Source: Nemertoderma westbladi
Lineage: Eukaryota; Animalia; Xenacoelomorpha
DNA length: 64,000 nucleotides
Direction of reading: 5' to 3'
Assembly (NCBI GenBank): GCA_032718475.1
Contig: JAUCBJ010007673.1
Location: 1-64,000, forward strand
Below, piece after piece: positions 1 through 10,788 of this stretch. Numbering within the stretch: position 1 is the stretch's first letter; the number at the start of each line of letters is the position of its first letter. Made by a program: the position numbers and the translations under genes. The notes beneath the pieces are model-generated. The model was given only the letters and a program-made list of their open reading frames with translations. It ran no database searches and had not been told where the DNA came from.

Positions 1-3000
1 TGATCTACCCATTCACTACTCGTTTATTCCAGTTGTTATTGTAGTTGGTACACCTACCCATTCACTACTCGTTTATTCCAGTTGTTATTGTAGTTGGTAG
101 ATCTACCCATTCACTACTCGTTTATTCCAGTTGTTATTGTAGTTGGTACACCTACCCATTCACTACTCGTTTATTCCAGTTGTTATTGTAGTTGGTACAC
201 CTACCCATTCACTACTCGTTCATTCCAGTTGTTATTGTAGTTGGTACACCTACCCATTCACTACTCGTTTATTCCAGTTGTTATTGTAGTTGGTTGATCT
301 ACCCATTCACTACTCGTTTATTCCAGTTGTTATTGTAGTTGGTACACCTACCCATTCACTACTCGTTTATTCCAGTTGTTATTGTAGTTGGTACACCTAC
401 CCATTCACTACTCGTTTATTCCAGTTGTTATTGTAGTTGGTACACCTACCCATTCACTACTCGTTTATTCCAGTTGTTATTGTAGTTGGTACACCTACCC
501 ATTCACTACTCGTTTATTCCAGTTGTTATTGTAGTTGGTTGATCTACCCAATCATTACTCGTTTATTCCAGTTGTTATTGTAGTTGGTACACCTACCCAT
601 TCACTACTCGTTTATTCCAGTTGTTATTGTAGTTGGTACACCTACCCATTCACTACTCGTTTATTCCAGTTGTTATTGTAGTTGGTACACCTACCCATTC
701 ACTACTCGTTTATTCCAGTTGTTATTGTAGTTCGGTACACCTACCCATTCACTACTCGTTTATTCCAGTTGTTATTGTAGTTGGTACACCTACCCATTCA
801 CTACTCGTTTATTCCAGTTGTTATTGTAGTTGGTACACCTACCCATTCACTACTCGTTCATTCCAGTTGTTATTGTAGTTGGTACACCTACCCATTCACT
901 ACTCGTTTATTCCAGTTGTTATTGTAGTTGGTACACCTACCCATTCACTACTCGTTTATTCCAGTTGTTATTGTAGTTGGTACACCTACCCATTCACTAC
1001 TCGTTTATTCCAGTTGTTATTGTAGTTGGTACACCTACCCATTCACTACTCGTTTATTCCAGTTGTTATTGTAGTTCGGTACACCTACCCATTCACTACT
1101 CGTTTATTCCAGTTGTTATTGTAGTTGGTACACCTACCCATTCACTACTCGTTTATTCCAGTTGTTATTGTAGTTGGTACACCTACCCATTCACTACTCG
1201 TTTATTCCAGTTGTTATTGTAGTTGGTACACCTACCCATTCACTACTCGTTTATTCCAGTTGTTATTGTAGTTGGTACACCTACCCATTCACTACTCGTT
1301 TATTCCAGTTGTTATTGTAGTTGGTACACCTACCCATTCACTACTCGTTTATTCCAGTTGTTATTGTAGTTGGTACACCTACCCATTCACTACTCGTTTA
1401 TTCCAGTTGTTATTGTAGTTGGTACACCTACCCATTCACTACTCGTTTATTCCAGTTGTTATTGTAGTTGGTACACCTACCCATTCACTACTCGTTTATT
1501 CCAGTTGTTATTGTAGTTGGTACACCTACCCATTCACTACTCGTTTATTCCAGTTGTTATTGTAGTTGGTACACCTACCCATTCACTACTCGTTTATTCC
1601 AGTTGTTATTGTAGTTGGTACACCTACCCATTCACTACTCGTTTATTCCAGTTGTTATTGTAGTTGGTACACCTACCCATTCACTACTCGTTTATTCCAG
1701 TTGTTATTGTAGTTGGTACACCTACCCATTCACTACTCGTTTATTCCAGTTGTTATTGTAGTTGGTACACCTACCCATTCACTACTCGTTCATTCCAGTT
1801 GTTATTGTAGTTGGTACACCTACCCATTCACTACTCGTTTATTCCAGTTGTTATTGTAGTTGGTACACCTACCCATTCACTACTCGTTCATTCCAGTTGT
1901 TATTGTAGTTGGTACACCTACCCATTCACTACTCGTTTATTCCAGTTGTTATTGTAGTTCTGTACACCTACCCATTCACTACTCGTTTATTCCAGTTGTT
2001 ATTGTAGTTGGTACACCTACCCATTCACTACTCGTTTATTCCAGTTGTTATTGTAGTTGGTACACCTACCCATTCACTACTCGTTTATTCCAGTTGTTAT
2101 TGTAGTTGGTACACCTACCCATTCACTACTCGTTTATTCCAGTTGTTATTGTAATTCTGTACACCTACCCATTCACTACTCGTTTATTCCAGTTGTTATT
2201 GTAGTTGGTACACCTACCCATTCACTACTCGTTTATTCCAGTTGTTATTGTAGTTGGTACACCTACCCATTCACTACTCGTTTATTCCAGTTGTTATTGT
2301 AATTCTGTACACCTACCCATTCACTACTCGTTTATTCCAGTTGTTATTGTAGTTGGTACACCTACCCATTCACTACTCGTTTATTCCAGTTGTTATTGTA
2401 ATTCTGTACACCTACCCATTCACTACTCGTTTATTCCAGTTGTTATTGTAGTTGGTACACCTACCCATTCACTACTCGTCCATTCCAGTTGTTATTGTAG
2501 TTGGTACACCTACCCATTCACTACTCGTCCATTCCAGTTGTTATTGTAGTTGGTACACCTACCCATTCACTACTCGTTCATTCCAGTTGTTATTGTAGTT
2601 GGTACACCTACCCATTCAGTACTCGTCCATTCCAGTTGTTATTGTAGTTGGTACACCTACCCATTCACTACTCGTTCATTCCAGTTGTTATTGTAGTTGG
2701 TAGATCTACCCATTCACTACTCGTTTATTCCAGTTGTTATTGTAGTTGGTAGATCTAGCCATTCACTACTCGTTCATTCCAGTTGTTATTGTAGTTGGTA
2801 CACCTACCCATTCACTACTCGTTTATTCCAGTTGTTATTGTAGTTGGTACACCTACCCATTCACTACTCGTCCATTCCAGTTGTTATTGTAGTTGGTACA
2901 CCTACCCATTCACTACTCGTCCATTCCAGTTGTTATTGTAGTTGGTACACCTACCCATTCACTACTCGTTCATTCCAGTTGTTATTGTAGTTGGTACACC

Positions 3001-3780
3001 TACCCTTTCACTACTCGTTTATTCCAGTTGTTATTGTAGTTGGTACACCTACCCATTCACTACTCGTTTATTCCAGTTGTTATTGTAGTTGGTACACCTA
3101 CCCATTCACTACTCGTCCATTCCAGTTGTTATTGTAGTTGGTAGATCGACCCATTCACTACTCGTTTATTCCAGTTGTTATTGTAGTTGGTACACCTACC
3201 CATTCACTACTCGTTCATTCCAGTTGTTATTGTAGTTGGTACACCTACCCATTCACTACTCGTTTATTCCAGTTGTTATTGTAGTTGGTACACCTACCCA
3301 TTCACTACTCGTTTATTCCAGTTGTTATTGTAGTTGGTACACCTACCCATTTACTACTCGTTTATTCCAGTTGTTATTGTAGTTGGTACACCTACCCATT
3401 CACTACTCGTTTATTCCAGTTGTTATTGTAGTTGGTACACCTACCCATTCACTACTCGTTCATTCCAGTTGTTATTGTAGTTGGTACACCTACCCATTCA
3501 CTACTCGTTTATTCCAGTTGTTATTGTAGTTGGTACACCTACCCATTCACTACTCGTTTATTCCAGTTGTTATTGTAGTTGGTAGATCTACCCATTTACT
3601 ACTCGTTTATTCCGGTTGTTATTGTAGTTGGTACACCTACCCATTCACTACTCGTCCATTCCAGTTGTTATTGTAGTTGGTACACCTACCCATTTACTAC
3701 TCGTTTATTCCGGTTGTTATTGTAGTTGGTACACCTACCCATTCACTACTCGTTCATTCCGGTTGTTGTAGTAGGTACAC
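1..3780. repeat. 49-bp tandem repeat array (about 77 copies visible, runs off the left edge), intronic in the PHM-like gene
   Basis: Unit TGGTACACCTACCCATTCACTACTCGTTTATTCCAGTTGTTATTGTAGT repeats head-to-tail with only scattered point variants. The right-most unit merges into the coding exon at 3739-3868. Confidence 0.98.
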
Positions 3781-3868
3781 CTCCCCGCGATGTAATCTCC
3801 TGGTCTAATAGAAAGTCCTTTTGTTGTGGTCGGATAAAATCTTTGCGGCAATTTTGGGCTTTTCTTCC
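3739..3868 (-). CDS. PHM: PHM-like copper monooxygenase, exon 6 (GKKSPKLPQRFYPTTTKGLSIRPGDYIAGRCTYYNNRNERVVNG); later exon(s) lie off-window
   Basis: Acceptor tttcag at 3869 and donor GTAGGT at 3738; phase matches the previous exon. Resembles the PHM segment GKxxPxxPQxFY...I.xGD.+A.RCT. Confidence 0.9.
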
Positions 3869-4237
3869 CTGAAATTGGTTAACATTTAATTCAAACATCG
3901 TACAGAATCTAAGGGCTTCAAAGATATTTTAGCAAGGCACATTTTGTTGAATATATTAAATTGCATGACTTTACTTTCATTTAATGTCACCTTTATACAT
4001 TTACTTTCTTTAAATAATCATTAAATTTTTAGACTTACCGGAACTATCAAAAAATATCATGTACTTTTAGTTATGATGGCAGCGTTGTTCATATTACCTG
4101 CAAACTTCAGATAGTGGCAGATAGTGTGCGATTGTGGCTCACATTGTGGTGCACATAGTGCGGCACATAGTGGCGCACATTAACCACAATGATAAAAGTC
4201 ATCTCCAGCGCAAATTGGTCGCATGTTGTTTTGGTTA

Positions 4238-4364
4238 GGCCCAGGTCACACATTAGCTTTCAACTTAAAGATTGAACACATTTGTAGCCTATGGGAACCT
4301 TCACACATACATAAACTTATTTATATTAAAGTTGAAAGTTGAGAGCTAATGTGTGGCCTGACCC
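4238..4364. mobile_element. PIF/Harbinger-type MITE (127 bp) in a PHM intron
   Basis: About 30-bp imperfect TIRs (GGCCCAGGTCACACATTAGCTTTCAACTT / AAGTTGAGAGCTAATGTGTGGCCTGACCC), with TTA on both sides (4235-4237, 4365-4367). Confidence 0.75.
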
Positions 4365-4493
4365 TTAAACAGCACCGCCACTGTAACCTGCTCTTTTCCC
4401 TTAATGTTTTAAATTAAATTAAATTAGGTTTTTAAACAACTAAACACATATTTGGTGGTTGCGGTCAGTTTGCACGATTAACTACAAACTCAC

Positions 4494-4628
4494 CAATTTC
4501 ATTCCAAATACCATTTCTAACGATGTACCCCGAGATCGCTACTCCGGTAGAATGAGAATGAACGTGGTACTGAAATGGATAAACAGTTGGACCGTCGTCA
4601 GGCCATTTACAAACTATTTCTGTCACTC
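4494..4628 (-). CDS. PHM: PHM-like exon 5 (GVTEIVCKWPDDGPTVYPFQYHVHSHSTGVAISGYIVRNGIWNEI), carrying the CuM HxH ligands
   Basis: Acceptor tatttccag and donor GTGAGT. PFQYHVHSH..G..ISGY matches the PHM motif PFAYRVHTH.LG.VVSGY. Confidence 0.9.
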
Positions 4629-4754
4629 CTGGAAATATACATAGATTAGTGAAGTAAAATTCGGCTGAGTCAATTGTTAATTGTTCATTTATTATTTTAT
4701 TAACACAAATAAGATTAAACAATATAAACTGCTGAGTGGCTCAATAAAACTCAC

Positions 4755-4819
4755 CAACTGAATGAGGATTCGCTTGTGATCCACCCAATATGAGGTAAAT
4801 GCTGGCGATATATTTGGGC
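4755..4819 (-). CDS. PHM: PHM-like exon 4 (PKYIASIYLILGGSQANPHSV)
   Basis: Acceptor ttgtttcag and donor GTGAGT. The 65-nt length gives the correct phases on both sides; matches the PHM interdomain linker P..IAG+YL. Confidence 0.85.
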
Positions 4820-5243
4820 CTGAAACAAAACAGGAATAATATGGACTATAAAGTAAAAAAAGGCCGATAAATTCAGGGAGAGGTATTTTTGGAATGTCTT
4901 AGACCTATACAAATCATTAAAATAAACCAACTCTAAGTCAGAATATAATATGTGCAGGCAAGTATTATTATAAAAAAATCATGAGATTATCAGAATTAAC
5001 ATTAAAAAAAAATAAAAAAACTTTAATATTAAAAATATTGAAATCAATAAAACTGTAACAGAACGACTTCCTAGAATAAAAATTAATAATAGAAAGTCTT
5101 TTCCTCCCTTAAATTATTGAAACAAATCCACAATAATCAACGATATTAGTTCTTTCTTTTCACTATTTTTATTTATTTTTGATAATTAATTTCAATGTGT
5201 CTCATTGATTCCAGTTGTTAATCTCTCAGATAATAAAACTAAC

Positions 5244-5519
5244 GCCTCATCGGTTATAGTCAGCTTCACTCCGGAATCATCGGTTAGTCCCGGATTCATA
5301 CTGAACTCATCGACCTCTGCATAATGGACCTGTATAATTATAGAACCGACCCCGGTGTCTCCGCCGATCGCTAATCCAACATCTTTCGGGAACACAACAC
5401 CACCTTGGGCGTCCATCGCCCAGTCGTAGACGAAGGTGTGGTTCCTGGAGTCCCGACAAGCTGAGTCAGTCCGGTCGGGGATTGGTCGAGGGGACGCAGT
5501 TCTATCGCCACCGCAATGC
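5244..5519 (-). CDS. PHM: PHM-like exon 3 (HCGG...VYDWAMDAQGGVVFPKDVGLAIGGDTGVGSIIIQVHY...TDDSGVKLTITDE), carrying the third CuH His
   Basis: Acceptor ttttctag and donor GTTAGT. Contains the PHM motifs YxWAxDA, PxxVGxxIGG, QVHY and DxSGV. Confidence 0.92.
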
Positions 5520-5914
5520 CTAGAAAATATTGCCAAGTATTATTTTATGACTGACAATCTAAGTTGACAATTAAAAAACGGATGATTTATTTGGTAATAA
5601 ATTGATACCGGTAGTCTAAATTAAAATTTAGAATTATACTATACTATAATGTATCTGTTATGAGATAAATATAAATCAACCATAACATCAATAAAGCACA
5701 TTTCTAATAGTAGCAATGATCTTTTAGTTTGAAATACATGACAATTTTAACCAAATATTTTGATATAAATTTTATTTATATTTGTGATAAATTTAATAAT
5801 AAATTAAGTAACTGAATTTATTTTATATATATTTTTCAATCAGAAATATCGATTCCTCGGATAGTAGATTATTTTACCTGCTCGTACACAATTAACCAAA
5901 TGAATTTAACTAAC

Positions 5915-6063
5915 CAAACAACTCCATATGCTCTAGCAGGATGTTTACAAGCCCAAACTAATATATGATGCACTCGGTGTGGTTTAAAGACCGGGTCGAA
6001 CCCAATAATATATTCTGTTTTGTTGGAATTTGTTGGGAATTCGTAACAAACATATTCGTCATT
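5915..6063 (-). CDS. PHM: PHM-like exon 2 (NDEYVCYEFPTNSNKTEYIIGFDPVFKPHRVHHILVWACKHPARAYGVVW), carrying the CuH HH ligands
   Basis: Acceptor ttttttag and donor GTTAGT. DxYxC...YIxGFxP...HHxLxxxC matches PHM; TG|G restores Trp across the intron. Confidence 0.92.
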
Positions 6064-6092
6064 CTAAAAAATACAGTGCAAATTGAAATTTG

Positions 6093-6188
6093 TGTGGATA
6101 TTAGAGCGCAGCGCCTATTACTATTGGTTGGTACTAACTATGTGGATATTAGAGCGCAGCGCCTATTACTATTGGTTGGTACTAACTA
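6093..6188. repeat. 48-bp perfect tandem duplication
   Basis: TGTGGATATTAGAGCGCAGCGCCTATTACTATTGGTTGGTACTAACTA occurs twice in tandem. Confidence 0.9.
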
Positions 6189-6419
6189 ATGACATACAGT
6201 ACTTGTGTGTAAAGTAGCACTTTATAGTGTGGTGATCCGAGTGCTTAATGTTCAAATAAAGTCACACGAGGATCAGAACACTGTAAAGTACTTTGCAACA
6301 AGTGTGTATGTAGTTTTATTCCAATATTGTAAAATTACGAAATGATTGTACATATATTATAAGTGATTGTAACTGCACAAATTAAATTACACCATGACCC
6401 GTATTATAGTGTCATTTTC

Positions 6420-7261
6420 TGATGACAAGGGATCCCCCCAAACTTTTCTACAAATCTTTATCATATTGCTTGAAATTTGAAACACAACTAGCTCAACTCA
6501 CCGTGGTTGTTGCCATGAAGCAGGAATTTTCGATTTCGCCTTTAAATTTTTTAAATAAGCGTTTTAAAAAAGTGTCTTTTGCGAAATCGCACCATCCGTA
6601 TCATTGCCATTCTTCACTTTAGTCGTAATTTTTTAGGGGCATACGATTTCCTAACAAAGATACATTTTCAGACACGCCGGTCGAATTTAAGGGTGGCGCA
6701 CGGACAGCGGCGCGCGCCGCAACGGCACATCGGCCCGGCGCGACTAGAAGGAGTGGGAATTTCGAAAAAGTATGAAAGTAAAAAAAGTCATAAAAAAAAA
6801 CAAAAAATGTAATTCTAGGGGGTCTACCGGACCGTCGAAGATTTCTGATTGGTCGATCGCGTTTTCGTCGATTTCGGCGGGAAGTAAGCGAATAAAGTAC
6901 AAACATGTACAAGCGATATGGTAGGGAAGGGGGTCCTCTATCCAACGGAAGCGGTCCCGATGTGGCCTATTAAGTAGTTCTCGAGATATTGATAGAAGTA
7001 CCGAGTCTACAGAAAAATGCACTAATTAGCAATTAGCGCTAATTAAGAGTTAATTAAAAATAAATTGGCGAAAGTAACGATGCCAATCGATGTAAATCCA
7101 TTAGAGGAATACGCCAATTTTTAAAATTTCGAAAAAGACCCAAGAAGAGCAGAGTTATTCAACTTTTTTTAAAATTGAGGTCTTTGTCGCCAAGGCGTGT
7201 CAGGGTCTCGAATGCCCGCCGATCCATTTTTTGCTATTATTGAGAAAAAAAGGGAATATGA
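6420..7261. mobile_element. Probable unclassified non-autonomous interspersed repeat into which BEL-1 inserted (appears to continue after 19257); boundaries uncertain
   Basis: Abrupt shift to CpG-rich non-coding sequence in the style of non-autonomous DNA-transposon repeats. No termini could be defined. Confidence 0.35.
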
Positions 7262-8523
7262 TGTAAAAGCTTCTGTGGGATATAACTGGCCCCTTTGCTT
7301 CGCAATCCAGTTTCCCCCCAGGCGCTGGAATACTCTAAAAAGGTTCTCTAACTGTATATATATTCCCCTCGCCCGCAAGGTACCGTTATAGGTGTTTTAA
7401 CGGACATAAAAGTCATTCTGCTATATACGTGTTTTGGCGGACATGGTAAGGCAAAAAACCTGCAATGCACCAAATACCTTTCACAGCTTAGCCGTGATCA
7501 TTCATATTACGACATCTAACAGCTGGTTGCTGACATGGAAACAGCCATTGGACGCATGGTTCTTTGTTTGGCTTGAGCCAATCAGAGCGATTTTTCCTGT
7601 CGACGTGTAGCTTTTCGGCCGATCATAAGGAGAGTGTTCAGTCTTACTGTTTTTACTTGATACTTTGTGTTATTGATATCTAGGCCAGGAACAACGGCTC
7701 TAGAGTCAATTCGTTTTCATACTTTAGAAGAAACATTAGTAGGCTTAAATTATAGAGCATATGACTGTTATCGATTCATATCAATGCATAACAATACTTT
7801 GTTCACATCTTGTCATATCATATCTTAACTTACCGTCTTAATGCTGTTTACTGTTGTGTTTTGGTTGAATATTATTTGGAGAACATATATAAAGAACCCA
7901 AATTTCCCAATTTTCTTGATACACTACAGGTTAGAGAGGCGGGTTATATATAGCGATTGCGACTTATATTGTTGTGGTTTGTAGTGAATTTAATGCTATT
8001 TGATAAGCACTACATTGGTCCGTTGCTGTTCTCTTTATATATGATAAAATTCATTGATGGTCGGCAAATTAGTGTGCAGTATTGTGTGTTACCGGTAGTG
8101 TGCATGATTGTGATTGATAACTAAGCATTTCCTAAAGAATGCGCCTCATACATGAATCTTAAGCCTTACCGACTTACCATTGTGATTAGTATAAGTCATA
8201 TCTCGGTTTACTTAGATAGAGCGCCACGTCCTAAAGGAACTGTTAATATTTCCCGAAAGTAAATAATATTAGTCAGAAATTAATTATTAACGATCAATCG
8301 AATAATACAATACAGTAAGCTTCACTGCAATAATAATTTAAGCCCTCAGAATCCAGTCTCCCGGGATTATCCAGCGGGTGAATGGACGCGCACTAGGCTG
8401 GCTTCTGCTAATGTTGTGTTTATTGGTATTAAATATTTGTCATCTTCTAAAGTATATTTATAAACCAAAAGACATATAAATTTTGGCGGGTTAAACTGCT
8501 AAAGGTCTTCAAAAGCGCGTACA
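7262..8523 (+). repeat. BEL-1 5' LTR (1262 bp)
   Basis: TGTAAAAGC...GCGCGTACA. Direct repeat of 17989-19252 with about 8 substitutions and one 2-bp indel by eye. Confidence 0.97.
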
Positions 8524-8534
8524 ATAACAGTCAT
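8524..8534 (+). promoter_or_regulatory. BEL-1 non-canonical primer-binding site ATAACAGTCAT, complementary to LTR positions 7761-7771
   Basis: Abuts the LTR end, lacks the TGG of a tRNA PBS, and is the exact reverse complement of ATGACTGTTAT at 7761-7771 and 18490-18500. Confidence 0.75.
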
Positions 8535-8564
8535 TGACTTTATTGCAGTAAGCAATAAAGTTGA

Positions 8565-9470
8565 AAGTACCGGTCGACCGGTAAACCTGAACCGGTACTT
8601 CTGTAGGTCCGTAGGCCCAACTGCCATAACCGGTACTGCTGTAGGTCCGTAGGTCCAACTGTCAGAACCGGTACTTCTGTAGGCCTGTAGGCCCAACTGT
8701 CCTAACCGGTACTTCCAGTATAAGTACATTAGTATTATTCGATTTTGATTATTGTATACTGGTAGGTCTTAGTATTTAATCAGGGACTGCAGCCCTGGTT
8801 TTTTATTGAGATTTTACTCATTTCTGTCGGTTTTATTTACATGTAAGTTAATATTGAGCTGAAGACGTGTAAGTCTGCTCAGATTGTTCAGATAATTGTA
8901 GGCCGGACTGTTGTTAGATTGTTGTTGAGTTTGGAGAGATTACGGCGTGTGTAGAGTTTGTCCGATAGAGTGCCAGTTAGTAAGTTGGGGCAGCCATAGC
9001 TGTAAGGTCAATCCCCTCTTAAAGAATAAGTCGTACTACCGTGTTAGAACGCATACTAACTAACAATTTTGGAATCTGCACATACTGTAGTTTATTTAGG
9101 CTTGACAGTATTCTGCCAGCGTTTTGGCTTGTGTTTGTTTGTGTGGTCTGTTCAGATACCGTAATAGTTATTACTCAGATATTTTGTAGGCTGGATTGTT
9201 GTCTAGCTATTATTAGGTCTGAAGAGATTGCTGCTTGTGTAGAGTTTGTCTGATAAAGTGCCAGTTAGTAAGTTGGGGCAGCAATAGCGGTAAGGTCAAT
9301 CCCCTCTTAAAGAATAAGTCGTACTACCGTGTTAGAACGCATACTAACTAACCGTTTTGGAATCTGCACATACAGTAGTTTATTTAGGCTTGGTGGTAGT
9401 CTGCCAGCATTTGGTCTGTATTTTGTTTGAGTATTCTGTACGGGTAGCGTAATATTTATTATTCAGAGTT
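8565..9470 (+). repeat. Tandem repeats in the BEL-1 5' leader: about 39-bp ACCGGTACT..GTAGGCCCAACTG units (8590-8720) and an about 289-bp duplication (8900-9470)
   Basis: GTCAATCCCCTCTTAAAGAATAAGTCGTACTACCGTGTTAGAACGC recurs at about 9007 and 9296. The larger duplication is also present in the BEL-3 leader (about 63560-64000). Confidence 0.8.
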
Positions 9471-10788
9471 TATGCGATTATTCGCAACATTCATGTCCCC
9501 AAGTTTATTAATACAGTAATTGTGCTTGTTATACATACCGTTATAGTTAAATTAACCCCGGTACTACACGGGCTGCTTGGCGTAGGTAAAGACTGGTGAC
9601 TTTGTGCTTCGGTCACTCCAGCAGATGCCGTGGTTCTTTTAACTGTTCAAGTATATTTAACTACTGATTATTTGTTGTACCAGTACTTGTACCTAATTTA
9701 GGGTTTAGTCTACAGTGCTTTCCGAAGTAATTAGTGTGTAGGCAGTATATTTGTGTTGTAAAGTGGTTAATAGGCACGCTGGATCTGGTAGTCCGCGGTA
9801 ATTAACTTCTAGGTAGGAACACTCCGTGATACATAACGTAGTACCTATAGCGATACGGTTATAGGTCGTCAGGCGGTGGTATTTTCCTATCTGGACAGTG
9901 CAATATATTTACTACTACTTATTATTTTCAAATACCGTAGTACCCTGTCCGTTGTAATAACCAGAATTCTAACCCTTTGTTAGGCTGGTTTGTAGACTTC
10001 CTGTAAAATTACCCTAAAAATTAGTACGTAATATTTTTGTTGTGTTTAATTAGAGATTTAATCTCACCTGTATCGTAAGTAATTTGTAGTATTAAGTAAC
10101 TTAGGTAAATTAGAATAATCTGTTTTAGTGTCCCATAGGTAGCACTTCACTGAGAGCGCACAGCTTCTGTGTAGTGACTCCCCCAGAAATAATAACATTT
10201 ATTTCAAATCTTGACAAAACCCCTTTTAAACGGGTATATATCTATTATAAATCAACTCAAACGATTTATAAATAGTAGGCCTGCCATACAATAACTAGGT
10301 CTTAATATCAGTTGGACTGCTGCTTAAATAACGGTAATAAAGTAAGTTAAAGTAACCAAGTAACCCTAAAATATTCAGAAATTCAATTATTCTAAAATAA
10401 TTGACATACCGGTATTTACCATAGGCTTATTATATTTATTTCTATGGATTTGTGCTGAAATCATACCGGTATTCTGTAATTAATTCTAGTTCATAATTAT
10501 ACTTATATATACTATAAGTGTAAGCTGCATACCGGTATTCACGATAGGCCTATTATATATTTATATATATTTGTGCTAAAATTATATACCTGTATTCTGT
10601 GACAAATCTAGTCTGTAATAATACTTATATATCTACTATAAGCATACCGGTATTCTAATATATTATATATATCACGCTACACTGAGTAGCAGTATCGGTA
10701 ATTAATTATTAGGCTAACAGTGATACTGAATTACTAGACTTGCTTTAGCTGTAATCATAGCAGTAGGCATTCAACTGTACAAACAAAC

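Noticed and set aside
1-3780. CRISPR array or repeat-protein gene (ORFs MVHLPIHY...)
   Set aside because: Units are contiguous with no unique spacers, there are no cas genes and the context is eukaryotic. The 49-bp period is not a multiple of 3, so the ORFs are artefacts.
4629-4664. Alternative upstream acceptor (gactcag) adding AEFYFTNLCIFP to exon 5
   Set aside because: It is in frame, but the downstream acceptor has a better branch point and pyrimidine context and fits PHM spacing. It cannot be excluded without RNA data.
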